DNA of 63,262 nt, filler included, from Dimargaris cristalligena (lineage: Eukaryota): the NCBI GenBank assembly GCA_003614675.1. It is 2 parts of 2 records of this genome, joined end to end, with 100 filler letters (N's around TTAATTAATTAA, not from the genome) between each part and the next. Parts side by side here need not be neighbours in the genome. Positions count along the whole stretch, not along the records: positions 1 to 31,584 come from ML002436.1; 1 more part is not named here. One strand, given 5' to 3'. The position numbers and the translations under genes are program-made. Within the stretch, counting starts at the first letter, position 1. Each line of letters starts with the position of its first letter. The notes under the pieces are model-generated. The model had not been told where the DNA came from. It saw nothing but the letters and a program-made list of their open reading frames with translations, and made no database searches. Below, piece after piece: positions 13,432-24,750 of the stretch.

Positions 13432-14258
13432 GTAAGTCTTCTAGCTGACTCTCTCTGCCCGTTTGTTTGGTTGGCGTGTCCTTTTCTTTCACCCGCCACT
13501 TCAGGTACTCTTTGTACTGTGGTGGTGGATTTCTGCAGACCCCTCGGTATTTTTAATGTGGATATAGCCCATCCGCCCCACTGTCCCCCCGCTTCCCTCT
13601 CTCTTTTCCACCTGCCTGTACCAAATCATAGCCCGTCATTCGATTATTCTCCCCCCTCTCTCCCACCACCTCCTTTCCCTTTCAGCTCTCTCTCCCCCTT
13701 TCTATTTCTGCGATACTCCTCCCCTTCATTTTCTGCGCTCTCCCAGTCTATATCCCATTTTTAATACTCCCAGCCATCTGCAACCACTGCTGAAAGACTG
13801 TGTAGGTTGGCGGTGGGGTACTCTTCAGCTGCTTTTGTTCCTTACTTCATCTATTAAGCTTCTGGTTCCTCGTTTGACTAGTCTAGTGGCTTCCTTCGAC
13901 CCGTCTTTTTGGTGTATTTTCCCCCTATATTCCGCCGTTCTACTCTGTATCTGTTCTATACTGTTGGATGGTCCAGTGAGTTGCTACGTCTTCAGCACCT
14001 CCACTAAAGTGCCTTTCCCACTCCAAGGGGTTTTCTTCCTAGTTTAAGGGGCCTTTCCTACTCTGACTACTGAATAATACCCTTCTTTTTGTTGTTCGTT
14101 TTTATTGGGGCTCTTTGACTCCTTTTTGTTGAAGCCCTCTCTAGATATCCTCCTTCCCTACCCTCTGATTCTAGTTGACCCTTCCATCTAACCCTCCGTT
14201 TATTTTTTGCTTATTTGTATACCACCCCAATCTTGGCTGTCTCTGGCTCATCCCTCAG
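13432..14258 (+). other. Putative 5'-UTR intron of the chitin synthase gene
   Basis: G|GTAAGT donor at 13432 after a (CT)n tract. Pyrimidine-rich body, CTAAC near 14188, and acceptor CTCAG at 14258 (alternative TCCAG at 14275) just upstream of ATG 14286. Confidence 0.45.
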
Positions 14259-14285
14259 TTAAGTCACCCTTCCAGTTCATCACGG

Positions 14286-17200
14286 ATGAGTGCCGGCTAC
14301 ACCCCCACCGGCGGTGCCTCCCAAAAGGAGTCCGCCAATCTGGCTCAGCTACCCAACTACGCCAGCCTTATCGATGACGATGTCGTCGAAGTGTTGCATA
14401 ACCGTTACCGCAAGGACTCCGTGTACACCCAGATTGGGAACCGGGTCCTTCTGGCCGTCAATCCCAACGGCCCTTTGGAAATCTCCAACGACGTGCACGT
14501 CCAGCAGTATGTCGATGACTATCGGAACACGTCTGGCCAGCGGACAGTGTTAGACCCCCACGTCTTCCAAATTGCCGCCAACGCCTATTTGATGATGCGT
14601 CGGACCGGAGCGGACCAGTCGCTGGTCTTCAGGTAAGCCTTCGGCCAATTTCGGCCATTGATATCCTGGTAGAGTTTGTCTTGTTTTACTGCCTCCGTCC
14701 CTCTTTATTTTTTTCACACTCCTATCTACCAATGGGGGTATCTAAAGGACAGGCCCTACTTGGTCGTTTTTGCTCTAGTTTCTCCTTATTGTTGGCTGTG
14801 TTTCCAATTTTATTCGGTCATTGGTCTTTTCTATTGGGTCCAACCACATCTGCAATACCACCTTGTTACATATCTATTTTTAGTACGGGGTGTGGGGGGC
14901 TATTGTCTATAGACGCCATTCTTCTCACCCCTGTTTTAACCTATTCTGTTTTAGCAAGGTGGTGCATGGGTTGCTGGTTTGATGACTCGTGGTCTATTTA
15001 GAGCCGGCTCAGCCAGTCTTTTCATTTTTCACGCCGTTGTCAGGGTGTTCGTTTCTAGACCCCTAACGGGGGTTGTAGATCCTGCGTCCCTTTCACATTC
15101 AATGTGTTCCTCTTCAACTAATCCGTCGGTTGACGGAAATCGGCGTATCCAAAAATCGGGTTCATATTTCTTTGTTTGCGCTTAATGACTGACCAATTTC
15201 CGCTATACTATTCGTTAATTATGTCGATTTGTGACACCTATCTCCAATGTACAGTGGTATCTCTGGAAGTGGAAAATCCGAGAACATGAAGCTGGCTATT
15301 CGCCTCTTCTCATTCCTGCGGACGCAATCCAAGCGGGACACCCGGTTATACACTCAGTTGATGCAGGCCCAGAGCATCCTGGAGGCCTTTGGTAATGCGA
15401 AGACCACCATGAACCGCAATGCCTCTCGCTTTGGCTGCTATATTGAACTTCAATTCGACGAACATGGTCGTACCATTGGTGCCAAGTTCCTTGACTACCT
15501 TTTGGAGAAGTCCCGCGTGACCAACCTCCCCAGTCAGGAGCGTAACTTCCACGTCTTTTACCAACTGCTTAACGGTGCTTCGGCCGACGAGCGTTCCCAT
15601 TTCCACCTGTCGGAACCCGGCTACTTCGCCTACCTAGAGAAGAGCGGCGTGTTCCGTGTCCCCGATACCAACGATGCCGTCCAATTTGTTGACTTGTGTG
15701 CCTCGATGAAGTCCCTTGGTCTTAACAAGAAGTACCAGAAGCAGATCTTCCAGCTGTTGTCGGCCATTCTCCATTTGGGTAACATCCAGTTTGTCGATCT
15801 TCCTGACAACCACCAGGCCCAAGAACCCTGCGAAATCCGGAATATGGACGTCCTATCCCTTGTTGCCGGCCTTCTGGGTATCGACGAACTTGCCCTTCAG
15901 GGCACGCTGACCTTCAAGACCAAGATGATCAAGCGCGAAGTGTGCACCGTCTTCCTGGATGCCCAACAGGCCCGCCAACAACGGGATGACTTGGCCAAGT
16001 CCCTATACTCGCTGTTGTTCAGTTGGATTGTCGAGTTCCTTAACACCAAGCTTTGTAAGGAGGACTCCCAGACCAGCAACTTCATTGGCCTCTTGGATCT
16101 GTTCGGATTCCAAAACCTGGCCTCTAACGGGTTCGAGCAATTCCTGGTCAACTTTGCCAACGAACGCCTGTACTACTTCACTGCTCACCACATTTTTGAC
16201 CTGGGTCGGGATGAGATGGTCCAGGAGGGTCTGGGCCAACAGTCCCCCGAAGTCAGCTTCGCCGACAATTCCCCCTGCTTGGATTTGTACATGAAGCCCG
16301 TGTCCGGTCTTATCAGTCTATTGGACAAGCACATTAATTCCGACACCAACAACCGGCACAGCCAGGGCCCCGATGAAGCCACGCAGCCCCCGATTCTGAA
16401 TGAGTTCAACCGTGCCCACGCCGACAGCAAGAAGGGCAGCCCCGTTTACCGCAAATCCGAAAACAAGAACTTTTTGGGTGCTTTCGTTATCCAGCACTTC
16501 GCCGGACCCGCTACTTACAACTCCAACAACTTCGCCGAGAATAACGTTGACAGTTTGAATGCCGATTTCGTGGCCCTATTCCGTGGTACCGAAGTTGACG
16601 ACACTACCAGTGGAACGCGTAACACTTTCGTCGCTGGTCTGTTCACTGAGCGCGCTGTGGCCATGGAGGTCCATCCCCGTCACGCCAACACCATTGTTGC
16701 CGCCCAACAAAAGGCCATGCCCACTCGTCAGCCCTCCATGAAGCGGGTGAAGAAGCGGACCAGTCCCCTACCCAGCCCTGCCGAAGAGGCCGAGACCAGC
16801 AACGAGAAGGGCGGGAACTCCCGCAAGAACCGGCGTGATAAGAAGCCCGTCAAGATTCCCTGCGTGGGCACCCAATTCCAGCGGGCCCTTTCAGATTTGT
16901 TTGATACTTTGGATCAGACTCAACCCTGGTTCATTTTCTGTCTGGCTGCCAACGACGTCGAGCGGCCCCAGCAGTGGGATGCCCGTTTGGTCAAGAACCA
17001 AGTCCGTAGCTTTGGACTTACCGATGTGGTCAAGCGCAAGGTGATTGAATACGCTCATTGGCTCTCCCACGATGAATTCCTGACTCGCTACAAGCCGGTG
17101 GTCGATTCTCTCAAATTGGACCAGTCCCGGGATGCTCGCACCCGCTGTGACGCCGCCGGATCCATGATTGGTTGGGGCTACAATGATATGGCCGTGGGCA

Positions 17201-20200
17201 ACCGCCAGGTCTTCCTCAGCTTCACCGCGTGGCGCGATCTGGAGGATAATCTCCGAGCCATTGAAAAGCAGCAGAACCCCAACGCCATGCGTGACGAAGG
17301 CGGCGCCCTCGGCGATGACCCCTACGGAATCATACCCAACTCGTCGCTGGGTGGCCCAGGTGTTGAATCTATGGGCTCCTACGAATCCCACGACGGTCTC
17401 ATCCAGAACATGGGTAACCGTGGCGGGGCCAACGCCGGCAGCGGCCGTTTTGGCTCCGGCCGTGGCCCCTTTATGGGGGCTGCCCTCGGCGGTGATGATG
17501 CCCGTTCCTACTATAGTGACGACGACTACACGGCCGACCGTGGTGACGACACTATCTCCAACATGGACTCTGATATGATGGGTAGTCGCAAAATCGAAAG
17601 TGACCTCAAACACCCGACTGCTGCCGACCCTATGCTCCCTAGCAAAGAGGGTATCGAGGAGGAGAAGGAGGATAAGCCCAAATTGACGACCGTGCGGCGG
17701 CGTTGGTTGTGCTGTACCTGGCTTCTGACCTGGTGGATTCCCTCCCCTCTTATTTCCTGCTGTGGCCGACTCAAGCGGAAGGACCAGCAAATTGCCTGGC
17801 GTGAAAAGGTCGCTCTATGTATCCTTATTTTCTTCCTGTGCGGTGTGACCATTTTCTGGATTGGTATTTTGGGTCCTATTGTTTGCCCCAAGCAGAACGT
17901 CTACACCATCTTCGAACTCAATGACCGGAACACCAAGGATGACCCCTATTTCGCCCTGCGTGGTAATGTATACACCATGAAGGATTTTAACCACCACGAC
18001 GTGCAGGCTACTTACCTACAGAAGTCCTACGCCGGCCAGGATTTGACCAATCTGTTCCCTATTCAGCTGAGTTTAGAGTGCACTGGGTTTGACATTGATC
18101 CCCGCTTGACCCTGACCAACCAGACCGCCCTGTACACCGACGCATACGCCCACGACCACCGCTACTACCGGCACCCGGACAATCTCAAGAATTGGTTCCG
18201 CTCGGTGGTGCTTCCCACCCTCAACCGCAAGTACTACATTGGCCAAATGGCCGTTGATCCCAAAGAGGTGGCCAAGGCCGGTGCCGGCCAAGGCTCGACT
18301 AGCCGTGTGCAGTACCAGGGAATCATCGACGACCAGGTGTTCGATCTGACCAATTACGTGAACTACCAGGGGGTGCCTTACTTTATCGATGTCGACGGAA
18401 ACGAAGGGTCAGTGCCCTCGAACAACGGATTCCTGGATGCCAAGCTGGTCAACCTGTTCCGCAACAACCCCGGTATGGATGTCACCAAGACCTTCAACCA
18501 GCTATTCGGTGAGACCGGCCCCAATCGTAAGAAGATTATGACTTGCTTGCAGCGCGCTTTTTACATGGGTGTGGTGGACAAGCGTAATTCGGCCCAGTGT
18601 TACTTTGCCAATTACATTTTGCTGGCCTGTTCCATTGCCCTCGCCTCGATCATCCTGTTTAAGTTTATTGCGGCTCTGCAACTGGGTTCCCGGCGTGAGC
18701 CTGAAGACCACGATAGGTTCGTCATTCTGAACGTACCTTGTTATACCGAAAGTGAAGATTCACTCCGTCTGACCATCGACTCCCTGGCCGTTCTGAAGTA
18801 TGATGACAAGCGCAAGCTTTTGTTTATAATTGCCGACGGTATGTTGGTGGGTAGCGGTAACGATCGTCCCACGCCCCGAATCGTTCTGGACATTCTGGGT
18901 GTTGATCCCAGCATCGACCCCGAACCATTGAGCTACCTGGCCCTTGGTGATGGTCGCAAACAGCACAACATGGCCAAGGTCTACTCTGGTTTGTATGAGA
19001 AGGCCGGTCATGTCGTTCCGTACCTGGTTATCGCCAAGACTGGACATCCTTCCGAACGTGCCCGCCCTGGTAATCGTGGTAAGCGTGATTCCCAGATTGT
19101 GCTCATGAAGTTCTTCAACCACGTCCACTTTAACAAGCCCATGTCCCCCATGGAACTTGAGATGTACCACCAAATCAAGAACGTCATTGGTGTCAACCCG
19201 GCCTTCTATGAATATGTACTGATGGTGGACGCCGATACCGAAGTCTATCCCGAATCGCTCAACCGCATGATTTCCTGCATGATTCACGACAGTAAGTTGA
19301 TGGGTCTTTGCGGTGAAACTCACTTGTCCAACGAGAAGTCCACCTGGATTACGATGATTCAAGTGTACGAGTACTTTATTTCGCACCATATGGCCAAGGC
19401 TTTTGAGTCCTTGTTCGGGTCCGTCACTTGTCTGCCCGGTTGTTTCTGTATGTACCGTCTCCGTACCCCCGAGAAGAACAGCCCGCTGCTCATCTCCAAC
19501 CTTATCATCGACGAATACGAGGATAACCGCGTGGATACCCTGCACAAGAAGAATTTGCTCTCTCTCGGTGAGGATCGTTACCTAACCACCCTCATGTTGA
19601 AGCACTTCCCATTCAACAAGAATAAGTTCACGCCCGACGCCCAGTGTAAAACCAATGCCCCCGACACCTGGTCCGTGCTGCTCTCTCAGCGCCGTCGTTG
19701 GATTAACTCGACTATTCACAACCTGTTCGAACTCGTATTCTTGCCCCGCCTGTGCGGGTTCTGCTGTTTTTCCATGCGTTTCATCGTGTTCATTGATCTC
19801 TTCGGTACTCTGGTCATGCCCGCCACCGTCGCTTTCCTGGTCTATTTGATCTACCAGTGCATCGCTTTCCCGGATAACCTTCCCATTATTTCCCTCGTCA
19901 TTCTGGCCGCCACGTACGCGCTCCAGGCCATCATCTTTATTCTGAAGCGGCAGTGGCAACACATTGGGTGGATGATCGTTTATATCATTGCTATTCCTGT
20001 GTTTATGTTCTTCATCCCGCTGTACTCCTTCTGGCACTTCGACGATTTCTCTTGGGGTAATACGCGTACTGTAACGGGTGAAAAGGGCCAGAAGATCATG
20101 GTAGCGGCTGATGAAGGTAAATTTGATCCGGCGTCTATTCCCACCAAGAAATGGTCCGAATACGAACAGGAACTGTGGGAAGTTGGTAGCCAAGGTTCGC

Positions 20201-20883
20201 ACGATTCCTACAACTCCCGCGGATCCGGACACACCCAGGGTTCGTACCGTAGTCGCCCTCACAGCCGGGCTATGTCGCATAACCACTACCCGATGCCTTC
20301 CCCAGGGTCTGTTTACGGTGGCGGTGATAACCACTACGGTGCGGGAGGCAATCGCGCATCCCAGGCGGTCTCCAACTACGGGGGTGGTGCTACTGGCGTT
20401 CCCTATGGCCAAGGCAACAACCGCCAGTCTCGTTCGCTCGATCGTCTCTCGCGGGCTCAATCTAGCTATGATGTTGAGATGTCCAATCTTGGTGGTGTCC
20501 CACCTGCCCTTCCTGGCATGACTGCCCGTTACTCTACTGTTTCGGGGGTCCACGGCGTCGACATGGGCTATGACAACACTCAAGGACGTATGAGTGCGTA
20601 CAATCACCCCGCCCGCCCGCAATCCCCCGCTGTGTCCGTGCGTAGTAATACGCCTGGCCCCAGTATGATGTACGGTGGTAACGGTGCGGCTATGCCCTTC
20701 AACGGCCCTTCCGACGATGAGATCTTGGCCCAGATTCGGCAGATCCTTGACAACGCAAATCTTATGACCATTACCAAGAAGCAGGTTCGTGACGAATTAT
20801 CTGATCGGTTCGGCATTGACATGCTTCCCAAGAAGGACCATATCAATAGTTGTATCGAGATGATTCTGCAGGGCAAACTCTAG
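14286..20883 (+). CDS. Chitin synthase with N-terminal myosin motor domain (class V/CsmA/Mcs1-type), 2 exons, ~1991 aa
   Basis: Exons 14286-14632 and 15255-20883; the splice restores FS-GISGSGKS. Myosin motifs: P-loop, LEAFGNAKT..N.NASRFG, LLEKSRV, ERNFHVFY, DLFGF, FEQFLVNFANE. These are followed by TM segments, cytochrome-b5-like regions, the GT2 core (PGNRGKRDSQ, VDADT, CLPGCF, LGEDRYLT, SQRRRW, WHFDDFSWG) and a C-terminal DEK_C-like domain. Confidence 0.97.
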
Positions 20884-22275
20884 TGTTTGTTGAACTTTTG
20901 CAGTGGTGTGAACTGTCAAGGGAGGGGTCTTCAATGACTCGTTCTTTGTCTTATGTCCTGGCCAGATTTCTAATATCTGGATTCCTCGGTTGTGGCCATT
21001 ATTGTCTGCTTAGTAAACATGGGGGAGCTGTGATTGCCCGTGCGTCACCTCCGGTCTTTACATTCTATCTTCGCTTATAACCATACTTCTTACCATAGCC
21101 ATCACTATATCCCATCTTTTTGTTGGTCAATTACATTACAATATATATCGTACTCCTCTGAGGAGCTTTTTTTTTAAAAATTCTCTACGTAGTTGTTTTC
21201 TATCGATATCCTTGTTTTAACCCTTCAATTACTTTTTTTATTATTTTTACTATTTATTGTCAGTTTTCCCACTCTATCTCCTATCACTTACAATCATCAG
21301 TGCCTTAACATTCGTTAATTCCTTAATCCTTCTCTACTCCGCACTTGCATCGGTTTACCACTAGTCGAATAAAAAATGAACCTTTTTATATAACAACCAT
21401 CGAGTATTTCCTCGTTTTGGAGGAAGTTAGATGGTCGATTGGGTTAGTTGTGATTTTTGTGTTATGTCACTTCACCAGTTAATTGCAATTCACGCTAGTG
21501 CCCTGTACCTTTGCTATTCTGGCTATGCTTTTTGTGTATTATCGTTAATAGATGCCGTCGACGTTTGTTATTTTATTAGCGCTACTTATTTCGCTGAATG
21601 GACAAGTCCACGGTCTGCAATCACCGAAAAGTCGTCGTGCCCATGTGAAGAACACGGCACAGATAAAATTTTAACCGGAAAAATAGAATAAACCCCTAGG
21701 GTCGGCCGGTAGGAAGGAATAAAAGGAGAAGGATACAGAAACAATTTTTCGCATGAAATTTTTTCTTTCCCCTCTATTAACGTAATGAGTTTTTAAAACG
21801 AATTAGGCAAAATGAATCCACTGTTATCTTGTATTGGGTAAGGTTCTACTCTGCTAAATAATGCAGGATTTGTTTAATGAGTTGGAATCTACTGCCGAAA
21901 AACATTAGGTATACAAACCTTTTTAAAGGGGTGGCAATTTGGCTTTAATAAATGTATTTTTAAAATAGTGGCATGGTGCAACTCTCCTGCATGAGACTGG
22001 TATCATAGTTGATAGAGCCATATCTTTGACGCATTTGGCGTTGGTATTCCAAGGTACAATGGTGTGGTACTGAATTATTTTGCTAAAAGATAACCAATAG
22101 CCTGGGACAGCCCAGTCAGGGGAAGAGGGGGCAAGGCCCAAAAATCTAAAGCGAGTCTGAGCGCTAGGTTATACCCCCTAAGTGAAGGGCAATGGGTTCA
22201 ATAAGGTGATTTTTTTTTTGGAACAATGGTAATTCTTTACCACACAACTCATAAGAATGGGGATGGTGCGTGGCT

Positions 22276-22278
<3 letters not shown>

Positions 22279-22306
<28 letters not shown>
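22279..22306. repeat. (TA)14 microsatellite
   Basis: Direct perfect run. Confidence 0.9.
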
Positions 22307-22309
<3 letters not shown>

Positions 22310-22615
22310 CAATAGCACCCCTCTCTCCCTTCTCCTTAGAATTTCCCTGTTGGTATTGAGCTCACAAAACCCTAAATGGAGTCGAGTCGGATTTCTTCCG
22401 CATCTTAAAAAAGATAATGGAAACTAGCGTGGGTGACATGCCGTCGTAGTGGGGGGGGAGGAACATCGGTTGTAAATTCACGGTGGTACCGCATCACATA
22501 TTTAAATATATAGTGGGATGGGCAATGCGGTGCATGGGCGGGCACTACTCCCCACATTTTTTGTATCCGTATATTATGCCATTTATACATTATAGAAGAT
22601 ATGGCATTTGGTTTC

Positions 22616-22641
22616 TATATATATATATATATATATATATA
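22616..22641. repeat. (TA)13 microsatellite
   Basis: Direct perfect run. Confidence 0.9.
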
Positions 22642-23169
22642 GAATTGACCTTCCCATTTTTAGTTACTCTAACTACTATATAGCCGCAGTTCTCCCTATT
22701 GTTAAACGTGAAAATGAATGGTACTTGGTTTGGAAGTCGGCTACTTTGGAGAGATATGGTAATCAGTAGATAGCCAGCAGTTCTCCTCCCACTTTCAAAC
22801 CGAAGTTACTCCCCCCTTTTTTTTTCTAAAAAAAAAAGAGGTGGAGTGGTATGGGTACCTTCTCGATATCGACTGGCGCCATAGAAACCATGGTAAAACT
22901 TTACGGAGAAGGGCTTTGAATTAATGGTCATGCCACAGACTAATCTCGGGAAATGTCTAATTATATGAGATGACCTGTAGTATGTTCCCAAGGCTCTTTG
23001 GCATCTGGTGGGCTACACTTGGACGGGGCAAGTGCGGTATGGTAAGACAATGTATGGGCTGCTTTTACAATTTAGCCTCCCCCCTTCTCAAAAAAGGAAT
23101 ATTTTAAATATATATATAAATTAAAAGATGTTGTGTCACAAAAACAAACCATTAGTAAGGTATTCTCGG

Positions 23170-24750
23170 GAAACTGCTATACTACCCTGTCCGTAGCCTT
23201 TGCATCCAGCCTATGCGTGGGCTGGACAATCCGGCCATCTTTCCATCCCAGCTTCTCCGCCCGTCCTATTCAATTATTCGTCCAGAGGGTAACCGTATTT
23301 AAGGGTGTTTGATCTCCATGGTGAATTGATGTACCTAGCGAGTGGGCCAGTAGATAGTTCGTATCCATCTTAGATCAACCCCCGCCCCTACCTCCACGCG
23401 CCCCCTTGATCACCAACGTGTCCCCTTTTTAGTCTAGCTTCGACTAATAAAAGGGGGTTTGGTGGATCTATAATTCCCACATGGTTGATGTTCGTATGCC
23501 CCACTCCCCACGGATCTTGGAATTTAAGGTGGTGGTAGTGGTGCTCCGTGAACCAATAAACCTGGTGGGTGATCCAACAATTTCGTATGTGATCCCATTC
23601 GATTGCCGACCTAGATTGCTGTGCCGATTTGCTGGACTTACGGGCGAGCCGGATGGACCACACACCAATCTTGCTTTATTTCTTTTAGATCTTGCCTATA
23701 ATTGGTGGAAGGGGAATATAATGGAGTGTGTTGGTTATGAACACGCGTGGAAGGCAATTCAATTTGCACAACCTGCGGCACAGCATTATTAGGCAGGTGT
23801 AATTAATAGGAAAAGGGGTTAATTGTATTGTATTCTATAGCAATACCGGTCCACATGCGGATTTTCAATAGGTATCTCCGGCCGCTTTCGACAACTGCTT
23901 GTCTTTTGGCAATCGGGTCACTCTTTGACCCGTATGGGTATTTTAATTTACGTTTACTTTACTATGTCGTCTATCCCCCCTCTACACACATTTACTCACT
24001 TACATTCCCCAATCTTATTGCTATAGAATCGGCCATTACTGTAACGGGCCTCTTTGACAAGCACTATAGGAGGACCAGCGGGCGGAATGATGGCCGAAAC
24101 AGAATCATATTTTGTTTTGTTCCCCGTATATTGAAAAATAGATTAGGGATACGGAGGAGGTGGTGTCCTACTACTATTCGAGCATTCCATCGGCTTTTGG
24201 ATTGTCTATGCAATCTAAGAGAGGGTGGCCCAGGCCTCGGCCATAACCACCATGGAGTCATTACAGTATGGAATCAATCAGCATAGCGTTAGGGTTTACG
24301 AGATAATTAAGCTTGCATATAAATCCAATAAGCGAAAGTGGGTAGGTATAATGCGTGGGGACGCATTAAAATGGGAGTGCACGTTAGACGAAATAGGCAG
24401 CGGAGATGCCACGTAGGTCAGATGATGGCTTGGTTAGATGCTTCCCCTAAAGCTGAAACCTTGTGAATACTCACCCCTATTTATTGATTTTATTCATTTA
24501 GGAAATAAAATAGGGCACCTGAAGGTCAAGTATACCAATTATATTTTCCATCGATAATGGGGTTCGGCAATCGACTCTTCTCGTTCCTTCAAATCATTTT
24601 CGTTAACTTGTAGCTATAGAAGAGGAGATAAAGGGCGGGTGGTATTCGTTTAGTTCGTACACCCTATCCCAGACTGACCAATGGTACGTCAGATTGGCCG
24701 TGATCGTATAGGGACCGATCAGCGTAGAGTTGCGTTCCGAGCATGGTCAT
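23170..24750 (-). pseudogene. Possible decayed multi-exon gene of unknown family
   Basis: On the minus strand, ATG 24750 and exon 24750-24679 splice (GTCAGT..TATAG) in frame to an exon starting at 24613, which reaches TAA at 24541. There is a further strong donor GTAAGTGAGT at 24003 and acceptors near 24215, 23697 and 23336, with reading frames broken by stops. No recognisable domain. Confidence 0.3.

Noticed and set aside
12288-14047. Several 60-170 aa ORFs upstream of the chitin synthase
   Set aside because: Low-complexity translations of pyrimidine-rich non-coding DNA, mostly with non-ATG starts.
16891-20622. Long antisense ORFs (299, 261 and 346 aa) inside the chitin synthase
   Set aside because: Shadow ORFs arising from the biased codon usage of the sense gene. 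The translations have no recognisable protein features.
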